NCBI RefSeq assembly: GCF_028641065.1
Contig: NC_073390.1
Span: 32,550,001 to 32,614,000 of the forward strand
DNA length: 64,000 bases
Direction: 5' to 3'
Source of the DNA: Leucoraja erinacea
Taxonomy: Eukaryota
The position numbers and the translations under genes are program-made. Below are positions 52,160 through 62,890 of the stretch, piece by piece. Numbering within the stretch: the first letter of the stretch is position 1; every line of letters starts with the position of its first letter. Under the pieces are notes generated by a model that saw nothing but the letters and a program-made list of their open reading frames with translations, searched no databases and was not told the DNA's origin.

Positions 52160-52352
52160 ACCTGTTTCCACCTATCTCTTGCCAGGCTTTGGCTTGCTCC
52201 CACCTTTCTTATCCAGCATTGTCCTCCCTACTATAATCAGTCTCAAGAAGGGGTCCAGACTCGAAATGTGGTCAATCCATGTCCTCCACTGAGTTACTCC
52301 AGAATTTTGTGTTTTGTTTAAGATTCCAGCATCTGCAGTCCTTGTATCTCTC
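51700..52352 (+). mobile_element. Older Penelope 3' fragment with inverted 5' pLTR
   Basis: Inverted pLTR piece, then KMEEQHHIFCLG (GIY-YIG C-terminus), a C-rich tract and a degenerate pLTR. Confidence 0.7.
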
Positions 52353-53879
52353 GTTAAAATATTTATATACCTCTCTTTGACTGTGTATATGTTTATCCCT
52401 GTCCACAGTTCACTTACAGCTATTCTTTATCTCAAAATATAACTCTAGTGCTCCAGATAACTTTGGCTACAATTTATCCTTGCAATAACCCTGAATTACT
52501 CAGTTCTGTCTGCAACTTCATCAAAGTTACAATGAATGTCCTGAACACGTCATCCTTAATAATACAAAAATCACCCTGTGACAGTTTGATTGATGCAACC
52601 TCTTTGTCTGTTCCAAGAACATGAACTGTTTAATAAAGGAATATTTGATGTCCAAGCAAATAGCAAGACAAAGACAATAGACAATAGACAAAGGACCCTT
52701 GATAGGGAAAATGTTTGAGCTTATCAGTATTCTGAAAGATCGTGAACTGGTTTTATTGTAATGTTTGTCTTTTCAAAAACATGTTAGGGACAGGAGCAGA
52801 TACACTAGAACTATTTTATTATTATGCCATGATCTGTAATGTGATGAAATTACTAAATAGCAGGGGTAGAGAGGAAAAAAACATGTTTTTATACAAATAA
52901 GTTATTTAGAACTTCAACCTAAATATATAACCTGCTGGAGGAACTGGAGGGAAATGGACGGACAATACTGTGGGTCTGGACCCTTCCCTCCACAGATGGT
53001 GCCTAGCCTGCTGAGTCCCTTCTGTAATTTCATTTTTGCTCAGGATTCAGTATCTGCAGTTCCTTGTATCTTCAGGACTTCCCTTTGGCTTACAGCCTAT
53101 TTGAGATATCCAGCACTTGACACTAGTTTTGCACAGAGTGATGGAACAGAGATTTTGATAGTCTTTTGGTTCATTTTAGGCCACTGTGAGCTTTGCATTC
53201 CTGACTGTGACAGTCTGACATTCACGATCATACAGATGTAATTTTGACTGCAGTGCAAGATGAGCAGTGCAAAGAGGTGGGTTCCAGTGAATAAGGAACA
53301 AAAAACAATGAAGCAAAGCATGTGGACAAAGCAAGGGAGGCAGTATTTTATCAGAGAGAATTGGACAAAGCTCAAGAAAAGGAGATATTTTGTCCATTAC
53401 CAGACATCTATTCCAGCATCTACACTCTCTTTTGTCTTCCTGCCAGGGGTGTATTTTCCAATAAATGGAAAGCAAAAATAACTCCAGAAGCTGAAAATCT
53501 GAAATACAAGCAAAAACTGAAGATCAGAAGTCCCATTGGAGAACAGTCAAACTTCTTTCTGGCTCTGATATTCATGAAAAGTGAAGTGCATTCAACAGTT
53601 CTGATGAAGGGTTCCATACATGAAACATTAAGGGTCTGTGTTTACCTTTACATAGATGCTGCCAGACCTGTTGAGAATTTTCTAACATCTGTTTTTAAGT
53701 TTATTTTTCAGAATAGGTTTTTATTAACAATCTAGTACAATTAAGATCACCCAAACTCACACATTCCAGGCATCACAGGGATACAAAATCTGGGTTTATG
53801 CAGAAAACATTATTATTTGGGAGATTTTTTGATTTAACTGAGTGGATATCTTCTGCACTGCAACCAGGTTTTCACTGTT

Positions 53880-54094
53880 ACACAAAAATGCTGGAGAAAC
53901 TCAGCGGGTGCAGCAGCATCTATGGAGCGAAGGAAATAGGCGACGTTTCGGGCCGAAACCCTTCAGTCTGAAGAAGGGTTTTGGCCCGAAACGTCGCCTA
54001 TTTCCTTCGCTCCATAGTTGCTGCTGCACCCGCTGAGTTTCTCCAGCATTTTTGTGTACCTTCGATCTTCCAGCATCTGCAGTTCCTTCTTGAA
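53880..54094. mobile_element. Penelope pLTR-derived palindromic element with a hammerhead-like motif (53968-53995, +)
   Basis: Inverted arms; 15-bp TSD CAGGTTTTCACTGTT (53865-53879 and 54095-54109). Confidence 0.85.
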
Positions 54095-55073
54095 CAGGTT
54101 TTCACTGTTGACTGGTTTCTATGGGTCAGACTCCATTTAGTACATACATTGTTGGAGTATTAATTTCTATTCAACATTAATGACAGCTGATTCAGACAGG
54201 CAATTTACAGTAGTTGCTCAGAACAAAACCCCACAAAGTACCTGTGGCTTGGGAATGGAATAATAAATAAAGCCCACCAACTTCTAACTCTCAAACTTTG
54301 TTTCTACTGGCAAAGAGAGTTCAATTATCATCCCTAAAGGAAAGTGCACAGGAGCTTTCGTTCATTCCACATTCACAGTCTAGTTACAATGTGCAGCTAA
54401 ACCTCCTCTGAAAAACACTCACCTTCCCCAATTTGAATGTCCTTAAGAAAATATCAAGGGCAGTTTAGCACCCAAAATATTGAGAGTGCCTCAGAAACAC
54501 CACTGAGGCCCCCAACACATTGAGTCCCTTCTGTGTCTAGTTGCAGAGTATTGACCACCAACACTTGCAGAACTGAAGGTCGAAACGTGTGCCTCCCTGT
54601 CCAAATACCGGTTGCTCATAATAAAACAAGCCATTCCTGTTATAATGGAATGAGGACAATGGCTCTCCATCACCCATCTGATTCCTGAGATTGTCTTCCA
54701 CAGATCTCTGACTTGTTCAAAAATTAAATAAAAATTCAAAAGGAAAGCTGACAATTTATTCAGAAAGTACTGACAACATCAACATCAGGTTTTGTTTTAA
54801 ATGTTAAATATATGAAGACTTAATTATACAAGAGTGACTTTGTGGATTAGTTGCTGCTATCATAGACCAGCAGGGCTGAATGGCCTGTCTCTGTGCTCCA
54901 AATTCCTATGGCAAACTGAAGCCACCTTTGTGGAATCAGGTGTCTGCCAGGCATCAGGTATTGCACAGTGCAGATTCCGCACTGCTTGTATAAACTCCTG
55001 ATCAATGGTGATAGAAATAGGAAAAGGAGAAATGAATTGCCTCACAGTCAGATATCTTTCTCTTCATTTTGCC

Positions 55074-56129
55074 TCACAGCGGCCTTATTTGAGCTATCGA
55101 CCTCAGAGTGAAGAATGACCGGATGGTATTTGTAATCTCTCGATACCTCAGTCCATAGACATAGGGGCTCACTGCCTTCGGTAACATCAGTATATCATTT
55201 ACTGACACAATGATCCAAGCTGCCGACTGGGTCTCAGTCGGATGCATTCCATTAATCACCACCCCACCTAAGAGCACAACCAGAGGGGAGAAATAAACAA
55301 TTAACAGCACTGAATGGATGAGATAAGTCTGCTTTGCTCTTGAGTTGTTAACCCATATCCCCGATGTCTTAGTTTTGCAATATAACATGATACAGGAACT
55401 CGATATTAGTACTAAACATATTAGAAAATAGAGAACCATAATGCCATAAGAACATTTTAACAAAGAAGTTCCAAATGGAGAGGACAAAAGCACCAAGGGT
55501 GCCACACACATCGTCAGCAAGGAGAATGGATTTGTCTGTGTCCCTAACGTAATGATGAGCAGTACAGAGGAAAGGCTGACAGAGGTAATCCATATGCAGG
55601 CAATGATCTTGATTGTTCTAGAGTGGGATAAAAGTGAAGAATAGTGAAGAGGCCAACGAATGGCCACATAAGTGTCCACCACCATGGCGGTGATTGTCAG
55701 AATCCCATTGGAATAAGCCACAGTTAAAATGAACAAAAACATTTCGCAAACTACTTTGGGCATTCCAATACCCACCGTGTTCAGGATAGCAATAAAGGTG
55801 TTCAGTACCGAATAAATTAAATCATTCACCATGGTGTTAGCAAGCAGAAGATACCTGGTCTCCTGACGAAGACTGCTGTTCGAAAAGATGGCCATCAGGA
55901 CCAGAGGAGTGGCCAGCAGTGAGGCAAAAAGACAGATAACTAGAGGAATGACCAAACCATCCATTCCTTGATAGGACATAGTGAAATATGATTTCTGCAT
56001 TAGGTTACGTAAGACTCGGAGTTCTGCAGTCTGCGAGAGATTTGTGGAGAATTGCACAGAAACCGTTTCTTGCCCCAGAAGAGACATCACGTTGTAAGAA
56101 TTGCAATTTTCACATTTAGATATATTCAT
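55074..56129 (-). CDS. GPR148: GPR148-like orphan 7TM receptor, copy B (intronless, 351 aa, intact)
   Basis: Same signature blocks as copy A (SLRQETRYLLLANT, DTYVAI.WPLHY, KTKTSGIW, MLPKAVSPYVYGLRYRE); aaaATG start. Confidence 0.87.
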   Translation of the reverse strand: MNISKCENCNSYNVMSLLGQETVSVQFSTNLSQTAELRVLRNLMQKSYFTMSYQGMDGLVIPLVICLFASLLATPLVLMAIFSNSSLRQETRYLLLANTMVNDLIYSVLNTFIAILNTVGIGMPKVVCEMFLFILTVAYSNGILTITAMVVDTYVAIRWPLHYSSLLSHSRTIKIIACIWITSVSLSSVLLIITLGTQTNPFSLLTMCVAPLVLLSSPFGTSLLKCSYGIMVLYFLICLVLISSSCIMLYCKTKTSGIWVNNSRAKQTYLIHSVLLIVYFSPLVVLLGGVVINGMHPTETQSAAWIIVSVNDILMLPKAVSPYVYGLRYREITNTIRSFFTLRSIAQIRPL

Positions 56130-56651
56130 TTTGTGCGGCTGAATGTAAGCTCAGTCCCAAAGATTCTGCTGCTTGTATCCAGAGCCACGATGATCTTCAA
56201 ATTATTCTATCTATTTTGAAGCTCAGACTTTAGCCAAGTCTTTTTCTGAGTATTATCTGCAATGTTACTGCAGATGACGCCTGCAGCCAGATATAGGCCA
56301 CAACTAGTTTGACGCTAATAAAGCAAATATTTTCTTTAAAAATTGCAGAAACTGTTCGGGTTCAGCGCCAGGCACCAATCCTACTTCGAAGCATTGCTGA
56401 CTTTAGTTTCTTTAGAAGTGCAGGAAGCAAAGATTCAGGTTTATCGCAGGACAACCCAGTCTCATTCCACCAGGATACCAAACACCATCATCCTCTTATG
56501 GTTAACATTGACTACGATCCTTGAAGATATGGGGTTTATTCTCATGGAGAAGTCTGCATCAGAACAACTCTCAAATGAGCTGAGATTTGAACAGGGTCTC
56601 GCTGCAACTAATTGCTTTTTCTTCCTGTCCATCATTACCTTTGACTAACTA

Positions 56652-56705
56652 TTTGATTTGACACTCCAATTCACACACACTGTACATGGCCAATCGAGGT
56701 GAATA
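56652..56705 (-). promoter_or_regulatory. Paralog-conserved upstream module of GPR148-like B
   Basis: Minus strand TATTCAC, ATTGG and GTGTCAAATCAAA, with spacing identical to 46976-47029. Confidence 0.65.
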
Positions 56706-57055
56706 ATATGTCCTGTTTACCCAGGACATTATTTGGTTCAGGACCCACTGATAATGGAAAGGATGTGAACTTGAACAATCAATCCTCCGAGCTACTTACG
56801 GTTTTGTAATTTTAGAAGCATCTTGCGCAAGAATATCAGCAGATGACCAATTAATGGCACAGGCTGCAGCAACTGCCTGGATAATATGGTGCAGAAAACT
56901 GAGTGCAGAAAGCTCAAAAGGATGCTGAAGGAAATGATTCACTTGATGGATTATAAACACATTTAATATTATGACCTTTTTTCAAAAATACATTTATTCA
57001 TCCTTATAACTATAAAACTCTGATCTTGGATGTGTATTTTACTTGGATGTGTATT

Positions 57056-58507
57056 ATCCTCTCACTTCTGATGTGTGAGGTTCCCACCTGCTTTAAAAGG
57101 GCATCAATAATACACCAAGCCCAAGAAGAACAAGGTGACATGCCTCAATGACTATCGACCAGTGGCACTAATGTCTTTGGTGATGAAGTGCTTTGAGAGG
57201 TTGATTATGGTGCATATCAACTCCTACCTAGACAAGAACCTCAACCCACTGCAGTTCGTTTACCACCACAACAGATCAATGGTGGATGCGATCTCACTGG
57301 CTCTCCACTCCGCTCTGGACCACTTGGACAACAAAATCTCATATGTCAGGCTGTTATTCATTGACTACAGCTCGTCGTTTAATACGATTATCCCCTCCTA
57401 GCTGGTTATCAAGCTCTCAGATCTGGGTCTCCGCGCATCCCTCTGCAATTGGATCCTCGACTTCCTCATTCACAGACCACAGTCTGTCCGTATTGGTGGA
57501 AATGTGTCATCGTCGATAACGATCAGCACAGGAGCACCTCAAGGCTGCGTGCTCAGCCCCCTGCTGTGCTCACTCTATACTTATGACTGCGTAGCCGGAC
57601 ATAGTGCGAACTCCATCATCAAGTTTGCCGACGACACCACTGTTGTGGGATGAATCACTGATGGTGACGAGTCAGAGTATAGAAGTGAGATCGACCGATT
57701 GACCAAATGGTGCCAGATAATAACCTGGCTCTCAACACCAGCAAAACCATGGAACTGATTGTGGACTTCAGAAGGGATAGGATAGGGATCCACAATCGCA
57801 TTTATATCAACTCGCCATTGATATAAAGGGTGGAATGGGTCAAGAACTTCAAATTCCTGGGCATGCAAATTTCCGAAGATCTTTCCTGGTCCCAGCACAC
57901 TGATGGAAATATAAAGAAAGCACATCAGCGCCTCTACTTAATCAGAAGATTACGGAGAGTCGGTATGTCAAAGAGGACTCGTTTGAACTTCTACAGGTGC
58001 ACAGTAGAGAACATGCTGACTGGTTGCATCGTGGCTTGGTTCAGCAACTTGAGCGTCCAGGAGCGGAAAAGGATGCAGAAAGTTGTGCCCACTGCCCAGT
58101 CCATCATCAGCTCTGACCTCCCCACCATCGAAGGGATCTATCGCAGTCGCTGCCTCAAAAAGGCTGCCAACATCATCAAAGACCCACACCATCCTGGCCA
58201 CACACTCAGAGATGAGAGATCCACTGTCATCAGGTAGAAAGTACAGTAGCCTGAAATTTGGTACATCCAGGTTCATGAACAGCTTCTTCCCCACAACCAT
58301 CAGGTTATTAAACTCACCATCAAACAAACACTGAACTATAACAGCCTATTGCACTTTATCTGATTATTTATGTGTTTATATATGGTCTATGCTATATAGA
58401 CGCACTGAAATTTTCTGTATTTATGCTTACAATATTCTGTTGTGCTGCAGCAAGCAAGAATGTCATTGTCCTATCTGGGACACATGACAATAAACTATCT
58501 TGACTCT
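57056..58507 (+). mobile_element. Rex1/Babar-type LINE, 5'-truncated and disabled
   Basis: [44 protein letters not shown] and KDPHHPGH, with stops and frameshifts. Confidence 0.88.
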
Positions 58508-58672
58508 TATATTTATTTATTTATTTTGTGTGTGTGTGTGTGTGTGTGTGACGCCGCTCGCTGCCCGCCCCACTCTGCTGCTCCCCTCCTCCCCCCCCCC
58601 CCCCCCTCCTCCTCCTCTCCCCCCCCTCCTCTCTCTCCCCCCCTCCTCCTCCCCCCCCCTCCCTCCTCCTCC

Positions 58673-58809
58673 NNNNNNNNNNNNNNNNNNNNNNNNNNNN
58701 NNNNNNNNNNNNNNNNNNNNNNNNNNNNNNNNNNNNNNNNNNNNNNNNNNNNNNNNNNNNNNNNNNNNNNNNNNNNNNNNNNNNNNNNNNNNNNNNNNNN
58801 NNNNNNNNN
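58673..58809. other. Assembly gap (N run) in a C-rich tract
   Basis: Run of N. Confidence 1.
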
Positions 58810-59108
58810 TCCTATCCCCTCTCTCTCCCTCTCTCCAACCCCCCTCTCTCTCTACCCCCCCTCTCTCTCTGCCTTTCTCTACCCCCCCCCCCCCATCACT
58901 CTCTCCCCCTCTCTTCCCCCCCTCTTCCCCCTCCCCTCTCCCACACCTCTCTTTGTGCGTGGGGGGTGGTTAGTGTGTGTGTGACGCCGCAGGCCGCCCC
59001 CCACCCCCACAACCATGCGTTGAGGGGATGGGACCCAACAGGTCCCACTTGGTCTAGTAATCTATAATAATTAAAAACTATAATAATTAAAAACTATTTT
59101 TTTCTCTA

Positions 59109-59297
59109 AGGTAGATAAAAGTACTGGAGAAACTCAGCGGGTGCGGCAGCATCTATGGAGCGAAGGAGACTGAAGAAGAGTTTCGGCCCAAAACGTTTCC
59201 TATTTCCTTCGCTCCGTAGATGCTGCTGCATCCGCTGAGTTTCTCCAGCACCTTTGTCTACCTTCGTTTTTCCAGCATCTGCAGTTCCTTCTTAAAC
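59109..59297. mobile_element. Penelope pLTR-derived palindromic element
   Basis: Inverted pLTR halves with an approximately 13-bp direct repeat ATTTTTTTCTCTA on each side. Confidence 0.75.
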
Positions 59298-59384
59298 ATT
59301 TTTTTTCTCTACATTCATTGTACCATCAATTTAACATATTATAATATATTAATATGCTTCAAAGTCACTCCTGTTTCATCTCGT

Positions 59385-59525
59385 GTTTGAGAGGCTGATA
59401 CACAGGACACAAACCCTTAGTGTTCAGTGGTGGCAGGACCCTGACCTGTGGTCCTTCCCCACAGAGCCTTTGCGGTGACTGCCCTGTGCTTCAGTCCATC
59501 CATCAGCATGTACTCATGTACCTGA
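59385..59525 (-). mobile_element. Short L1/Tx1-like ORF2 C-terminal remnant
   Basis: The minus strand reads VHEYMLMDGLKHRAVTAKALWGRTT, similar to a recalled Tx1-type C-terminus. Confidence 0.35.
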
Positions 59526-59548
59526 AATGGGCCACTGCACCACTCATT

Positions 59549-59881
59549 AATAGTAAGATTAAATGAGAACTTACCAGTTTGAAGTTTGATCTTTATTTTA
59601 TGAGGAGTTACGTCGAGGGACTACGTGAAGAAGGCCGTCCAGGCGCACGCGCGTCAAACTTCAAAGCAGCGGTGTGAAATCACAGATGATATATACCGAA
59701 GCATAATAGTAAGCTACGTGATACAAAACCTAACTTACCTTTGATCTTTATTAGGGTGGGAGCGGAGGGCACGTAGTCCCTCGACGTAACTCCTCATAAA
59801 ATAAAGATCAAACTTCAAACTGGTAAGTTCTAGTTTAATCTTACTATTTTACTTCGGAGTCACGTGAGTGACTACATGAAG
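59549..59881. repeat. DIRS right terminal repeat and internal complementary region (ICR)
   Basis: 59549-59627 is a 79-bp inverted copy of 59770-59848 (2 mismatches); 59849-59881 is the presumed left-end half of the ICR. Confidence 0.85.
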
Positions 59882-60027
59882 ATTTTAAAGCTTCTGTGAT
59901 TTCAGGCCGTAGATTCAATCACTGCATTTTGATTGACTGTGAGTGAAAAACAGTCAATAACGTGCAACCATAACATTTGTTTAATCAGTTAATGGTTTAT
60001 TTTATGATAAACATTATGTGTCCCATT

Positions 60028-61011
60028 TTAATCACTAGGGACATTTAATACTGAATCCAAAACAGTACCACCAAATACACCAGGGTCTGCAATCTCTTTG
60101 TGGTAATATTTGTGAAACGTCCTTTCATTTGCTCATCCTGGATATGGTCTATTGGAATGTCCAAATCCTTGGCCGCCAATGTTGCCGCTGGTGGAATGAG
60201 ATTTAAATTTGTCAGTATCAATTCCTGAATCCAATAGCACCTTCTTCAGCCATCTTGAAATTGTTTGTGTTATCACTTTTTTGTGTGTTTTTTTATGGCT
60301 GATAAATAATGCGGATTCTACACCTCTAAGGTGCTTGGTGGTCTCAATGTAGTGTTTCAAATATGTAACTGCGCATAGTCTTTGATCTGAAGGATATGCT
60401 GAAAAAAACAATTTACACCCCGAGACTCCTGGTCTGCTCTGTTTTAGCAGGTCATAGACATAGAATGTAATTTCCTCTGTTGTCATTCCCATTCTGTCTA
60501 TCCTTAATTTGTGTAATGTTTGTACTCTTTGGGCTGAGACTAAAGCCATTAACATGACTACTTTCATGGTGATTTTGTCTAAAGACAAATTTGAAATGGG
60601 ATCCCAATCCCTAAGCAGTGTTAGTACATCCCTCACATTCCAGATTTCCGTATATCTCGGTCTGGGAGGTTTAGCATTAAAGATGCCCTTCATATATCTA
60701 CAAATCAACGGGTCTGATCCTAGAGCCTGTTGTTCAGATGGTCTCGATAAGTATGCTGACAAGGCACTCCTTGCCGTGTTAATCGCACTATAACTTAAAT
60801 TAGCATCAAAATGTAATGTTGACAAGAATTCTACCACATCTGAAGTGTCTGCAGTGTGGTAAGAAATATTTTGTGTTGAACAAAACTGCTCCCATTTCTT
60901 ATAGTAAGAAATGTACTGCTTTTGGGTACTATCCCTCCAGGATCCTGCAATTACATCCATAGTGCGATCTGATAGTCTTCTTCCAACATATGGTCTTTTT
61001 AGAATCTGCAA
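60028..61011 (-). pseudogene. DIRS tyrosine recombinase (disabled)
   Basis: SAQR (catalytic R), HST with a frameshift removing the HxxR arginine, G*(W) and TFHKYY in another frame ending at TAA 60028-60030. Confidence 0.88.
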
Positions 61012-62890
61012 ATCAACAAATCAATACGATCATGTAAAGAATGAAAATCACCAGTTACAGAGTGCACGAGTAAGTTTTCTTGTCTTGAGACATGCATTAT
61101 AGGTTCTGTCATCATTTTTAACACTAGTGGATACCATGGTTGTGTGGGCCAGTCTGGAACCACCAACAATCCTGAAGCATTATCTTGTTTGATCTTCTGT
61201 AGACACCTACTGATCAGATAAAAAGGAGGAAATGCATATAAGAACATTCCAACCCAATTTAACGTAAACGCATCTACTCCTGTTGCACCTGGATCTGGTT
61301 CCCACGAAACATATTGAGGTAACTGGTGGTTCAATCTGGATGCAAACAAGTCAATTTCTGGTTTCCCAAATCTTTTCACAATTTTATGGAAAATGTCACG
61401 ATTTAACATCCATTCTGTATTGTCATTAAAAGTTCGTGACCTAGTGTCTGCAATTATGTTGAATTTACCTGGTAGGTAAATTGCAGAAAGCCAAATGTCT
61501 TTCTTAATACACCAGTGCCAAATCATGTTTGCCAATCTGTCACATGCTTCTGAGTTGATTCCACCCATATGATTGACATATGCCACTGCCGTAATGTTGT
61601 CAATCTGAACCTGTACATGCAAATTTTGTACCTTGCGGCAAAGGGCTTTCAACCCATGAAATACACTTAATAATTCAAGATAATTAATGCCATGTGTCTC
61701 GAGCAAAGGTTCTTCCTCTGCATTCCATCTACCTCCACAGCTTGAGATGTCATCAGCAGCTCCCCAATCTAGTGCACTTGCATCGATTTGTAAAATGATA
61801 GCTGGTGATTCAATCAGAATTTTTCTGTAAGAACAATCAACATTTTTAATCCACCATTTTATATCCTCAATTGCTGTGTTTGGTAGTTGCATGGGTCTAT
61901 CGAAACGACCAGAATGTCTTTTCAACGCCATACCTTTGCTCGCTGCAGCTGCTGATAATGCAGTTGGCCAAGCTGAACATCTGGAAAAGAAGCAATTAGT
62001 TTGCCAAGTAGCCTTGCCATTGGCTGATTGATGGTTGTTTGCCTGCAATTAGTTCCTTACAACAGTCAATAAGCTGCAGCTTTTTGTCCTTGGGTAAGGT
62101 CACTTTCATGTGCTCTCAATTAATAGTGAACCCCAAGTAATCAATTATTTTGTTGGGTGTCAGTCTGGATTTATCTGGGTGGATCACAAAGCCCAACTTT
62201 TGAAATGTTAGTTTGACTTTTAAAACTGATGCTGTTGTTATGGCTTCAGTGTCTCCCACAATTAAAATGTCATCCAAATACGCCATTATCAAATGGCCTT
62301 GGGCTCTTAACAATGCCAAAATTGGTTTTAGCAGTTTTGTAAACAATCTAGGGGCTGAGGTTAAATCATTAGGCAATGCTTTGAATTGCCACAATTGATT
62401 CATCCGGACAAATTTAAAATATCTACGATCTTTAACATGCACGGCCACAGAGTAATATGCATCTTGGAGTTCTATGCTTGCCATATAGCATTCTGTTGAA
62501 ATTAATTGCAAAGCATTAGTAAATGTCTCCATATTGAAATGTTTATACTGTACAAAAGGGTTAAGACTTGTAAGGTCCAAAATGAGTCTACAGCCACCAT
62601 ACTTTTTTGGTCTAGAGAAAATACTAGATATGAACTGGTGGTTTTGATGTTGTTTTCTCAATTACCCCTTTTTTACTCAATAAGTTAATTTCTACTCGAA
62701 TGATTCTAATCTCTTCTTTAGAGAAAGAATGTATTCGTCTTGGAATATGTTGAGTAGGGGGATTTTTATTTTGGTAGAATTCAATTCTAAACCCCATTAT
62801 ACTGCACAGTATATATGCATCAGATGTTATTAGTTGCCATTCTTTTAGGAAGAATTGTAACCTTCCCCCAATTTGTGAGTAGGGCTCATC
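60999..62890 (-). pseudogene. DIRS pol (RT, RNase H and Dam-like methyltransferase domain), frameshifted
   Basis: GGRLQFF, RLILDL, APRLFTK and YLDD (RT); DAS, INYLEL, DN and ADTRSR (RNase H); DLFASRLN, DAFTLNW and YAFPPF (MT). Confidence 0.9.

Larger units (their letters stand above)
57001..59057 (+). mobile_element. Non-autonomous Helitron interrupted by a Rex1-type LINE
   Basis: 5' TC...AAAACTCTGATCTTGGATGTG and 3' GGGACCCAACAGGTCCCACTTGGTCTAG|T match the ends of 5229-5866. Confidence 0.75.
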
